A stretch of DNA of 64,000 nucleotides from Candidatus Eiseniibacteriota bacterium (lineage in GTDB: Bacteria > Eisenbacteria > RBG-16-71-46 > CAZAMP01), in contig OZ245046.1 of assembly GCA_965224245.1 (NCBI GenBank), positions 5,728,001 through 5,792,000 of the forward strand. The letters run 5' to 3'. Below, piece after piece: positions 42,000 through 50,992 of the stretch. The notes below the pieces were generated by a model. The model saw only the letters and a list, made by a program, of their open reading frames with translations. It searched no databases and was not told the DNA's origin. The translations under genes and the position numbers were made by a program. Each line of letters starts with the position of its first letter. Within the stretch, counting starts at the first letter, position 1.

Positions 42000-43916
42000 A
42001 TGCAAGCCGATTGGCAGCCGATCTACCTCGATCGGATGACGTCCGCCGCGGAAGCCGTCGGCGTCGTACGTTCCGGAAACCGCATTCTGGTCGGTTCCGG
42101 GTGTGCGGCGCCGTCTCATCTGCTGGACGCGCTGGTGGCCAGAGCCGCCGAGCTGAGTCACGTCGAGATCGTTCATCTCTTGACGTTCGGTGTCGCCCCG
42201 TACGTTCAGGAGCGCTACCAGTCCGCCTTCCGTCACAACGCGTTCTTCATCGGGGCCAACGTTCGTGGCGCCGTGCAGGAGGGACGCGCGGACTACACGC
42301 CCATCTTCCTGAGTGAGATCCCCCAGCTCTTCGCATCGGGTCAGATGCCGCTCGACGTGGCGCTGATCATGGTGTCGCCTCCGAATCGCTTCGGGTACTG
42401 CAGCGTGGGCATCCATCCCGACATCGTCATGAGCGGTGTGGATCACGCCCGGGTCGTGGTCGCGCAGGTCAACCGCTACATGCCGCGAGTGGCCGGTGAC
42501 ACGTACATCCACATCTCGGACATCGACCACTTCGTCGAGCACGAGGCTCCGCTGGAAGAGCTCGAGCCGCCAGAGCCGAACGACATGTCGATGGCGATCG
42601 CCCGCAACGTGGCCTCGCTGGTCACCGACGGATCCACGCTTCAGCTGGGCATCGGCCGCATTCCGGACGCCGTCCTGTCTCGACTGGCCGAGCACAACGA
42701 TCTCGGTCTCCACAGCGAGATGTTCTCGGACGGGATCATCGACCTGTGCGAGGCCGGCGTCATCACGAACGCGAAGAAGGGCTTCTGCGACGGCAAGGCC
42801 ATCGCCAGCTTCGCGATGGGCACCGCGCGGCTCTACAACTTCCTCGACGAGAATCCGTTCTTCGAGTTCCACCGCACCGAGTTCGTCAACGATCCTCGCA
42901 ACATCGCCCGCAACAACAAGATGATCAGCATCAACGGAGCCCTCGAGGTGGACCTGACCGGGCAGGTGTGTGCCGATTCGCGAGCGGGGCGGTTCTACTC
43001 GGGAATCGGGGGGCAGGTCGACTTCATTCGCGGCGCGGCCATGAGTCACGGTGGGAAGCCGATCATCGCGATGCCGTCCACGGCCAAGGGAGGCGAGGTC
43101 TCGCGGATCGTGCCCATCCTGAGCCCCGGCGCCGGCGTCGTGACCAGTCGCGGCGACGTGCACTACGTCGTGACCGAGTACGGAGCGGCCTACCTCCACG
43201 GCAAGACGATCCGCCATCGTGCCGCGGCGCTGATCGACATCGCACACCCCGATCACCGCGCCGAGCTTCGCGCACAGGCCGCCGATCGCAAGTACTTCCC
43301 GCTGCCGCCGGACTGGCGCGAGCAGGCAGTGCCCGAACACCGGGACGACCCGTTGCTCAAGATCAGCGGCGTGATCTACGCGGTGCGTCCTCTGGTGCCC
43401 GAGGACGCGGACAAGCTCAGGGGCTTCTTCGATCGGCACGACCGCGACACGGTGCAGCAGCGGTTCCGCTGCGCCAAGAAGTCCCTGACGCACGACGAGG
43501 CTCTCCACCTCTGCTCGGTCGATCAACGCTGGCACGTCGCGCTGGGCGTGTTCGACGACGATCAGCGGATCTGCGCGATCGGTCGCTACGTCGGCGACCG
43601 GAAGACCGGGCTGGTCGAGATCGCGCTGGTGGTGGCCGAGGACCTCCGGATCAAGGGACTGGGCACGATGCTGTGGCGCGCGCTGGTCCGCCGGGCACGC
43701 GAGATCGGATACAAGGGCGCCACCGGCGCGTTTGCGCTGGGCAACGCGGGGGCGATGACGCTCCACCGGCGCCTGGGACACGTCCTCCACGTCGAGGACG
43801 GTGAGTGTCGCTACACGGTCATGTTCGAGGATCTCGACGCGATCGAGCGCGATGCCGTCCCGAAGGAGAACGACGGGACTCGGTCGTCCGACGAGGAGCT
43901 CGTGCCGAGCCCCTAG
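42000..43916 (+). CDS. Acetyl-CoA hydrolase/4-hydroxybutyrate CoA-transferase fused to a C-terminal GNAT domain
   Basis: TLQLGIG, HSEM, SGIGGQVDF and VVTEYG motifs; GNAT EIALVVAEDLRIKGLG. Confidence 0.88.
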   Translation: MQADWQPIYLDRMTSAAEAVGVVRSGNRILVGSGCAAPSHLLDALVARAAELSHVEIVHLLTFGVAPYVQERYQSAFRHNAFFIGANVRGAVQEGRADYTPIFLSEIPQLFASGQMPLDVALIMVSPPNRFGYCSVGIHPDIVMSGVDHARVVVAQVNRYMPRVAGDTYIHISDIDHFVEHEAPLEELEPPEPNDMSMAIARNVASLVTDGSTLQLGIGRIPDAVLSRLAEHNDLGLHSEMFSDGIIDLCEAGVITNAKKGFCDGKAIASFAMGTARLYNFLDENPFFEFHRTEFVNDPRNIARNNKMISINGALEVDLTGQVCADSRAGRFYSGIGGQVDFIRGAAMSHGGKPIIAMPSTAKGGEVSRIVPILSPGAGVVTSRGDVHYVVTEYGAAYLHGKTIRHRAAALIDIAHPDHRAELRAQAADRKYFPLPPDWREQAVPEHRDDPLLKISGVIYAVRPLVPEDADKLRGFFDRHDRDTVQQRFRCAKKSLTHDEALHLCSVDQRWHVALGVFDDDQRICAIGRYVGDRKTGLVEIALVVAEDLRIKGLGTMLWRALVRRAREIGYKGATGAFALGNAGAMTLHRRLGHVLHVEDGECRYTVMFEDLDAIERDAVPKENDGTRSSDEELVPSP

Positions 43917-44031
43917 AGTCGAGTCCGACGATCGGTGCCGCCGGGGCTGACGTAGGCCGGCAGCCCCGGCGCCCGGCCGTCGGGCAGAGGCGGCGGTCGC
44001 CCCAGAGGTGACCGCCCACCGGGAGGAGACC

Positions 44032-44949
44032 ATGACGGCGATCAGAGACTTCGCGGCCCCCAGGCGAATCGTCGTGACGACGGACTTCTCCGATGCCGCC
44101 GGCGCCGTGTGGCCCCAGGCATTCTGGATGGCCGAGCGGTTCGGCGCGGCGATCGACGTGCTGCACGTGGTCGCACAGGACTGGACGCACCTCTCGGCCG
44201 AGGCGGCGACCATGTCCGGGCCCTCGTACTCGGAGTGGCTCCTGGAAGGCGCCACGGCCCAGATGGAGGACTGGATCCCCACCGACATCCCCGAGGGTGT
44301 CACCGTCACCTCCGCGGTCCGCGAGCACGCGTCGACCGTCGGGGGGGTCGTGGCATACCTGGACGAGAAGCCGGCGGACGTCGTGATGATGGCCACTCAC
44401 GGACGGGGGTTCCTGGGGCGACTCTTCCTGGGAAGCGTCGCACGCCGGCTCATCAGCGACGGCGCGGTGCCGATGTGGTGCGTCCACGTCGGAAAGGGTC
44501 GACCCCGGGCCACCTTCGAGACGCCCGAACGCGTGCTCGTGGCGACCGACTTCTCGCATGCCTCGCGGGAGGCGTTCCTCGCGGCGGTCTCGTTCGCCCG
44601 GGAGATCGGGGCCCAGGTCACGCTGGCCCACGTGATCCACGTGGAGCTGCCGCCGGTCCTGGACCAGAATGGGGTCAGCGTCTTCATGGCCGACCACGAG
44701 CTCGAGCCGCGCCTCCTGGAACGACTCGACGCGTTCGTGACGGCGTCCGGGGTGTCGCATCCCGATCAGATCGAGCTGGCCGTGCTCGAGGGCAAGCCGG
44801 CGCAGTCGCTGGCCGCGTACGCGAACGACGAGGCCGACATCGGTCTCATCGCGCTCGCGCGGCGGGGAGCCCACCGGCATCCATTCGGCATGGGCTCCAC
44901 GACCGATCGGCTGCTGCACGACACGAAGGTTCCGGTCCTCTTGTTCTGA
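44032..44949 (+). CDS. Tandem universal stress protein
   Basis: Two USP domains (VTTDFS...MATHGR..GSVA; VATDFS...GSTTDRLL). Confidence 0.92.
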   Translation: MTAIRDFAAPRRIVVTTDFSDAAGAVWPQAFWMAERFGAAIDVLHVVAQDWTHLSAEAATMSGPSYSEWLLEGATAQMEDWIPTDIPEGVTVTSAVREHASTVGGVVAYLDEKPADVVMMATHGRGFLGRLFLGSVARRLISDGAVPMWCVHVGKGRPRATFETPERVLVATDFSHASREAFLAAVSFAREIGAQVTLAHVIHVELPPVLDQNGVSVFMADHELEPRLLERLDAFVTASGVSHPDQIELAVLEGKPAQSLAAYANDEADIGLIALARRGAHRHPFGMGSTTDRLLHDTKVPVLLF

Positions 44950-45158
44950 GTCGCGGCACCGCTCTCGCCGGCGACCGGCTCGATCGCGTCAGCGAACGGT
45001 CGCGTCGCCGGTCCTCGTGATCTACGATCTCATCCTCTCGTCACCCGCGTCACGCGACCGGTCCGCGATCGGGGCGCCCCGTGCCGACCGGATGCGTCGT
45101 CGCGTGCCGACGTGACGTTCGCCGACATGCACCGCGACACATTCCCGGGAGACGACCC

Positions 45159-48100
45159 ATGATGCCCACCCGTCGCGAGGCTCTCGATCGGGCCTTTGCC
45201 GAAGGTCAGTTCGATCGCGCCCGGCGCATTCTCCAGGAGATGTCCGAGGAAGACCGCGAGCTTCTCGCGCTCGAGCTCGGGTCCGACGAGGTTCGCGCGC
45301 TCCGTCGCTCGGCCCGGCGACGGCGCGGACCGAAGCACGGCCGAGTGATCGTCCTGAACGGCATCATGGGTGCGAACCTCGACTCCGAGGACACCTCCGG
45401 GGATCGGGACCGCGTCTGGCTGAACGTCTGGCGCATCGCTCGCGGCCGCTTCCGGGACTTCGAGCTGCGACTGGACGGACGGCCGAAGCCGCGGGGAGTC
45501 GAGGTGCGCGTGGCCGGGCTGCACAAGACCTACTACAAGCTCCTCCTGGAGCTGGATGCGTCGTGGCACGTGAAGCCCTTCCCGTTCGACTGGCGCCTCG
45601 ACATCTCCGACACGGCCGATCTCCTGGCCCGGACGATTCGCTCCTGGGCCGGCGGGGAGCCCGTCCACCTGGTCGCCCACTCGATGGGTGGTCTGGTGTG
45701 CCGGCGCTTCATCCATCGGCATGGAGATCTCTGGCGACAGATGGATGATCCGACGGGCGCCGGACGGGGCGGACGCCTGATCATGATGGGCACGCCCAAT
45801 CGCGGCTCGTTCGCGATTCCGCTGATGCTGACGGGCGTCGAGAAGAAGGTGACCTATCTGGCCGCGATCGACACGAAGCACTCGAAGTCTCAGATCCTCC
45901 GGATCATCTCCACGTTCCCAGGTGGCTATCAGATGCTCCCCTCGCCCGACGTCGATCTCGACGACGACCACGTGCGGCTGTTCCGGCGAGAGGCCTGGGG
46001 CGAGTACCCGGTCAACCCGTCGCTCCTGGCGCGGGCGGAGGTGTTCCAGCGAGACATGAGCCGCGTGCTGACCCCCGGGCGCCTCGTGTACGTGGCCGGC
46101 TACGATCAGGAGACGGTGCACCGCGTCCGGATCCCGGCGAACGGCCGCTTCGAGTACGAGATGACCCACGCGGGCGATGGTCGCGTGCCCCACTCGCTGG
46201 GGCTGCTCGACGGCGTCGATACCTACTGGGTGCGCGAATCCCACGGTGCGCTTCCGAAGAACGATCACGTGCTCGACGCCGCCGGGGATCTCCTCCTGCA
46301 CGGCGCGACCAGCCGGCTGCCGCGCGAGGCCCCGAGCGTGCGGGCGGTGCGGGGAGTCGAGCGATGGCATCCCGCCGAGGAGCTGGCCGCGGCGGCGACG
46401 GACGAGGCCGCGCTGAAGGCGCTCGGCCGCGAGGCCCGCGCGGCCGCCGAGAGGCGCCGATCGCGGCATCTGGAGGTTCGCGCCCTCCGGGCCGAAGCGC
46501 TCCTGATGGACGACGACGTCTCGATCGAGTCCGATCCACTCGAGACAGGTGCCGACCCGGTGACGGCCGGACCGCCGCCGTCGCTGGCGGTCGACGTCGT
46601 GTGGGGTGACGTCACGCGGGCCACTGGAGACGTGTACTGCGTCGGGCACTACGAGGGCGTCCTGCCCCAGAACGCGGAGTGGGCGCTGGATCGGGTCGTG
46701 TCCGAGCGCGGCGCCGACGAGGACGAGCTCGTCCTCCGATCCCTGACCCGCCGGGGCGTCCTCCGGGGCGAGCTGGGCTCGGTGAGCTTCTTCCCGTGGG
46801 CGCGGCGGGGCAAGTCGGCTCGCCCGCGCGTGGTTGCGGTGGCGGGCATGGGCCAGCCCGGCACGTTCGAGCGGCCCCAGCTGCGTCAGCTCGGGCGGAG
46901 CCTCGCCTGGGCGGTCGGCTCGCTGCCGAACGCCGAGACGGTGTGTACGGTGCTGATCGGTGCCGGCGCCGGCAACCTCGATCCGCGAGCGTCGGTCCAC
47001 GGCCTCCTGTCCGGCCTCGCCGACGCCCTCGGCGCCGGCCTCGAGACTCGGACGAAGGTGAAGAAGCTCCGGATCATCGAGAGGCGTCTGGACCGCGCGC
47101 ACGAGGCCCACGACGCCGTCGCCCAGGTGGCCGAGGAGATCGCGTCCGTGCTCCGCGTGCGGCGGTCCCCGCGCGTCAAGAAGGGACCCGGCGGCGTCGT
47201 GGCCACCGAGCACGGGTGGAGCCTCGCGCTGGCCGCGCTTCTCGGCAGCGCGGACAACCCGCGGAGCGCGTCCCGGCGCCGCGCGGCCAGCCAGGTGCTG
47301 GGCGCGATCTCGACGCGGGGCGACTTCGGAGCTGCCGAGCGGGACGGGGCTCGCCGCGCGATCACCTCGCGCGGAGGCGACAACGACCTCGTCGAGCTCG
47401 CCCGCGAGCACGGCGCGTCCGAGGTGGCGCGGCGGCTGGAGGTGTCGCTTCGCCACGACGAGGACGGTCGTCGGGGGGCGGTGAGTCGGGTCTCGTTCAT
47501 TCGCGATCGCCGGACGATCCGCGTGGCCGCGATCACCGACACCGCGGTCGTGCCCGAGCGCGAGGTGCGCCTGGACGAGGGGCTCGTGTCCGATCTCGTG
47601 GCCAAGATGACCGATCCCGATCCCGCGGACCTCCCGCGTCTGTCCCGGCTCATGCGCGAGCTGCTGGTTCCGAAGGACCTCCTGCCGGCGTTCACGTCCG
47701 ACGCGACGCTGATCGTGGAGACCGATCGGGCAATGGCCGCGGTGGGCTGGGAGCTACTCGAACGGGGCACCGGTACCGGCGGCGCAGGGCCGGCCCACGG
47801 GCCACGCGGCGCGGCGGCCGGCACCGGCAGCAGCGGCTACGTGGGGACCCGCGGCGTCGTGGCGCGACAGCTCCGTACCGGCTACAGCCCCCCGATCAGT
47901 CCCTCGCTGCGGTTCGGCATCCACCGGCGGGCGCTCGTGATCGGGGATCCGGGAGATCCGGATGCCGGCGACGACCTCCCCGGTGCGCGCCTCGAGGCCG
48001 AACGGGTGGCCGAGCTTCTGACGCGCCGGGGCTTCCGGGTCGACCTCCGGCTCGGCGCGCCCACGGCGGCCGGAGGGGGGGCCGTCTCCGGGGTGAAGCC

Positions 48101-48635
48101 CGCGACGCGGCTCGAGGTGCTGGAGCGGCTGCTCGAGCACGACTACGACGTCCTCCATTACGCGGGGCACGGCGACTTCGACCCCGAGCACCCCGACGAG
48201 TCGGCCGGCTGGCTCTTCGCCGACGGGTTCCTGACCGCCGGCGCACTGGCGCGGGTGTCGACGGTGCCGCAGCTCGTGGTCGCGAACGCGTGCCTGTCGG
48301 GTCGGCTCTCCCGGGCGCGGCGAGGCGAGGAGTCGGCCGTGGACGGGCCGTCGCTCCTGCCGGGGCTGGCCGACGAGTTCCTCCGCCGGGGCGTTCGCAA
48401 CTACGTCGGCACGGCCTGGGAGGTGCTCGACGACGGGGCGATCGAGTTCGCCGAGGTGCTCTACGACCGGCTCCTGCCCGGTGGGGACGAGCCGCACGTC
48501 GCGCTGGGGGAGGCGGTACGGGCGGCGCGGTCACGTCTGCAGGCGAAGGAGGACGCGTACGGCGCGCTCTGGCTCGCGTACCGGCACTACGGGGATCCGT
48601 GGCTGAAGATGACGACGACGGGGACGGGGCGGTGA
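45159..48635 (+). CDS. Alpha/beta-hydrolase (lipase/LCAT-like) + central domain + CHAT (caspase-like) protease fusion
   Basis: FDWRL, AHSMGG, GTPNRGS and GDGRVP in the N-terminal part; HYAGHG, NACLSG and Y.HYGDP in the C-terminal part. Confidence 0.85.
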   Translation: MMPTRREALDRAFAEGQFDRARRILQEMSEEDRELLALELGSDEVRALRRSARRRRGPKHGRVIVLNGIMGANLDSEDTSGDRDRVWLNVWRIARGRFRDFELRLDGRPKPRGVEVRVAGLHKTYYKLLLELDASWHVKPFPFDWRLDISDTADLLARTIRSWAGGEPVHLVAHSMGGLVCRRFIHRHGDLWRQMDDPTGAGRGGRLIMMGTPNRGSFAIPLMLTGVEKKVTYLAAIDTKHSKSQILRIISTFPGGYQMLPSPDVDLDDDHVRLFRREAWGEYPVNPSLLARAEVFQRDMSRVLTPGRLVYVAGYDQETVHRVRIPANGRFEYEMTHAGDGRVPHSLGLLDGVDTYWVRESHGALPKNDHVLDAAGDLLLHGATSRLPREAPSVRAVRGVERWHPAEELAAAATDEAALKALGREARAAAERRRSRHLEVRALRAEALLMDDDVSIESDPLETGADPVTAGPPPSLAVDVVWGDVTRATGDVYCVGHYEGVLPQNAEWALDRVVSERGADEDELVLRSLTRRGVLRGELGSVSFFPWARRGKSARPRVVAVAGMGQPGTFERPQLRQLGRSLAWAVGSLPNAETVCTVLIGAGAGNLDPRASVHGLLSGLADALGAGLETRTKVKKLRIIERRLDRAHEAHDAVAQVAEEIASVLRVRRSPRVKKGPGGVVATEHGWSLALAALLGSADNPRSASRRRAASQVLGAISTRGDFGAAERDGARRAITSRGGDNDLVELAREHGASEVARRLEVSLRHDEDGRRGAVSRVSFIRDRRTIRVAAITDTAVVPEREVRLDEGLVSDLVAKMTDPDPADLPRLSRLMRELLVPKDLLPAFTSDATLIVETDRAMAAVGWELLERGTGTGGAGPAHGPRGAAAGTGSSGYVGTRGVVARQLRTGYSPPISPSLRFGIHRRALVIGDPGDPDAGDDLPGARLEAERVAELLTRRGFRVDLRLGAPTAAGGGAVSGVKPATRLEVLERLLEHDYDVLHYAGHGDFDPEHPDESAGWLFADGFLTAGALARVSTVPQLVVANACLSGRLSRARRGEESAVDGPSLLPGLADEFLRRGVRNYVGTAWEVLDDGAIEFAEVLYDRLLPGGDEPHVALGEAVRAARSRLQAKEDAYGALWLAYRHYGDPWLKMTTTGTGR

Positions 48636-48642
48636 GGATCCG

Positions 48643-50055
48643 TCACGGCCCCCGGAAGGTCAGCTCCACCGATTTCGACTTACCTCCGACGTGCGTCACG
48701 TCCAGCCTGAGCGGCACGTTGGCCACGTGATCGGCCCGGGGCCGCTCGGCCACGATCGGCACCACGGCGGTGGCCATGGGCGCGATCTCGACCTCGGGCT
48801 GGGCGATCACGACGTCGATCGCCGAGCTGTCGTCGGTGGTCGCGTTGGTGACCGCGAACGACGCCTCCCGGTCGGTCTTGTTCTGGATGCTGATGTTGTA
48901 CACGTTCCGGATGACCGTCTTGTCCTCGACGAGCGAGTAGGGGAGCCCGCGGCTCCGGAGAGGGTTCACCGTGAAGTCGGCCCGGTTCGAGATCGCCAGC
49001 GACGCGACGACGAGCCCCGCCACGCCGAACGCGGCGTACACGAACACCCTCGGGCGGAAGATCGAGCGTCGCCGGCCGGTCTCGAAGCCCACGCGTGAGT
49101 CGTAGCGGATGAGGCCCTTGGGGCGGCCGACCTTCTCCATGATCGCGTCGCAGGCGTCGATGCAGTTCGCGCAGCCGATGCACTCGAGCTGGAGGCCGTT
49201 CCGGATGTCGATGCCGGTGGGACAGACGGCCACGCACCGGAAGCAGTCGATGCAGTCGCCGCCCTGGCCCATCTTCTTGGTGCGAGGCTCGCCGCGCTTC
49301 TCGTCGTAGCCGATGACGACCGTATCCGCGTCGACGAGCGCGCTCTGCAGCCGCCCGTAGGGGCAGAGGATCAGGCACGTCTGCTCGCGGAACCACGAGT
49401 AGTCGGCGTACAGGATCCCGGTCCACACGGTGACCCACACGAATGCCGTCATGTGCTCCGCCGGTCCCTTCGTGAGCGCCCCGAGCAGCTCCTGCACCGG
49501 GATGAAGTACGCCACGAACGCGTGGGCCAGGATCGAGGAGAGGAGGAGGAAGATCGTGTGGGTGACGATCTTCGGGAACGTGACCTTGCCCGCCACGCGC
49601 GCGCGCTTCTCGCGCGAGCCCTCGATCGCCCGCTGTACGCGGCGGAACACGCCCTCCAGGAAGACGGTCTGCGGGCACGCGTAGCCGCACCACACGCGCC
49701 CCCAGAGCGCGGTGGCGACGAACAGCACGAACCAGATCGCCGTGAACAGGAAGAACGACAGGTAGAAGTCCTGATTCGTGAACGTGAGGCCGAAGATGTA
49801 GGCGGCACGTCCGGGCAGGTCGATGTGAACGGCGGGGTGCCCGCCGATCTGCACGAACGGCAGCGCCAGATACACCGCGATCAGCACGAACCACACGACG
49901 TGCTTGCGCCTCTGCCACCGGCCGGCGACGTCGGCCACGTTGATCATGTTGCGTGACCCGTCCGGGTTCACGGTGAACATCGTGTCCAGGTCGGGACGCC
50001 GTGTTCCGGGGCGGACCTTCGTGTCGGGCATCGGGTGTCGACTCCTTCGATCCAT
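48643..50055 (-). CDS. ccoG: Cytochrome c oxidase accessory ferredoxin CcoG/FixG
   Basis: GRVWCGYACPQTV, CPYGRLQ, CIDCFRCVAVCPTGIDIR and CIGCANCIDAC motifs. Confidence 0.95.
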   Translation of the reverse strand: MDRRSRHPMPDTKVRPGTRRPDLDTMFTVNPDGSRNMINVADVAGRWQRRKHVVWFVLIAVYLALPFVQIGGHPAVHIDLPGRAAYIFGLTFTNQDFYLSFFLFTAIWFVLFVATALWGRVWCGYACPQTVFLEGVFRRVQRAIEGSREKRARVAGKVTFPKIVTHTIFLLLSSILAHAFVAYFIPVQELLGALTKGPAEHMTAFVWVTVWTGILYADYSWFREQTCLILCPYGRLQSALVDADTVVIGYDEKRGEPRTKKMGQGGDCIDCFRCVAVCPTGIDIRNGLQLECIGCANCIDACDAIMEKVGRPKGLIRYDSRVGFETGRRRSIFRPRVFVYAAFGVAGLVVASLAISNRADFTVNPLRSRGLPYSLVEDKTVIRNVYNISIQNKTDREASFAVTNATTDDSSAIDVVIAQPEVEIAPMATAVVPIVAERPRADHVANVPLRLDVTHVGGKSKSVELTFRGP

Positions 50056-50136
50056 TTCGCACGACCGGCCGCGGCGCGACCGGCGGTCGCGAGAGGCGGC
50101 CGCGCGAATGGGGCGTTCGCCGGCCGCTCGATTCGG

Positions 50137-50745
50137 TCAGCGTCCGGGCAGGGCGGTGGCCTGGTCTCCTTCCGGCGGCACCGGCTCGCCCTCGGGGTCC
50201 TTGCCCGGGACGTTCGTGTTCTTCAGCGTCAGCACGTAGGCGACCACGTTGTTCACGCGTGTCGGTCCGAGCTGACCGATCCACGAGGCCATTCCCTTCT
50301 CGGGAACACCGTCGGTGACCGTGGCCAGGATGTCCGTCGGCTTCGAGCCGTGGATCCAGTAGCCGTCGGTCAGGTTCGGTCCCACGTTGCCCTCGCCTTG
50401 CGAGCCGTGGCACACCACGCAGAACTGCTGAAACACCTCGCGGCCCGCGTTCACGTTCTCGGGAACGGTGGACAGGAGCGTGAGCGACTCGTCGGTCACC
50501 TCCTGGTCTCCCATGCGCGCCAGCTGCGCGCGGGACGCCTCGGCCACCTCCATCGCGTGTCGCTCCATCTTGAAGTGTCCGATGCCGAGGATGTGGTAGA
50601 AGATCCAGTATCCGAAGGCGAACACGATGGACCAGTACAGCGTGTGAAGCCACCAGTTCGGCAGCCGGTTGTCGTACTCCTGGATGCCGTCGTAGCTGTG
50701 GTCGAGAACCTGATCCACGCGATCTCGCCCGAGGTCCTCACTCAC
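50137..50745 (-). CDS. ccoP: cbb3 oxidase subunit III (short, single heme motif)
   Basis: HSYDGIQEYDNRLPNWW, CVVCH and GPNLTD.YW motifs. Confidence 0.9.
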   Translation of the reverse strand: MSEDLGRDRVDQVLDHSYDGIQEYDNRLPNWWLHTLYWSIVFAFGYWIFYHILGIGHFKMERHAMEVAEASRAQLARMGDQEVTDESLTLLSTVPENVNAGREVFQQFCVVCHGSQGEGNVGPNLTDGYWIHGSKPTDILATVTDGVPEKGMASWIGQLGPTRVNNVVAYVLTLKNTNVPGKDPEGEPVPPEGDQATALPGR

Positions 50746-50981
50746 GCCGCACCTCCTTCCCCGCACGCCCGACCCGACCCGCGCGCGACCGTCCGTCCGC
50801 CGAACGAGGGCTCCTCGTCGTCCTCGAGCGGTGACGCGGCCATCCGATCGATCTCCGGTCTGCGACCGCGAAGGCCGACGAGCACGTACACGAGCACGGC
50901 CACGAAGACGGCGAAGAAGATCCCCAGCGCCAGGAGCGGCCACTGGAGGAGATCGCTGTTCGCGAGAAACTGCTGGTACAT
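50742..50981 (-). CDS. ccoQ: cbb3 oxidase small subunit
   Basis: One TM helix then MAASPLEDD; AGGAG RBS; position between ccoNO and ccoP. Confidence 0.8.
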   Translation of the reverse strand: MYQQFLANSDLLQWPLLALGIFFAVFVAVLVYVLVGLRGRRPEIDRMAASPLEDDEEPSFGGRTVARGSGRACGEGGAA

Positions 50982-50992
50982 GGCGACTCCTC

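Noticed and set aside
41109-44396. 1095-aa minus-strand ORF
   Set aside because: Antisense shadow of the receiver, CBS, CoA-transferase and USP genes.
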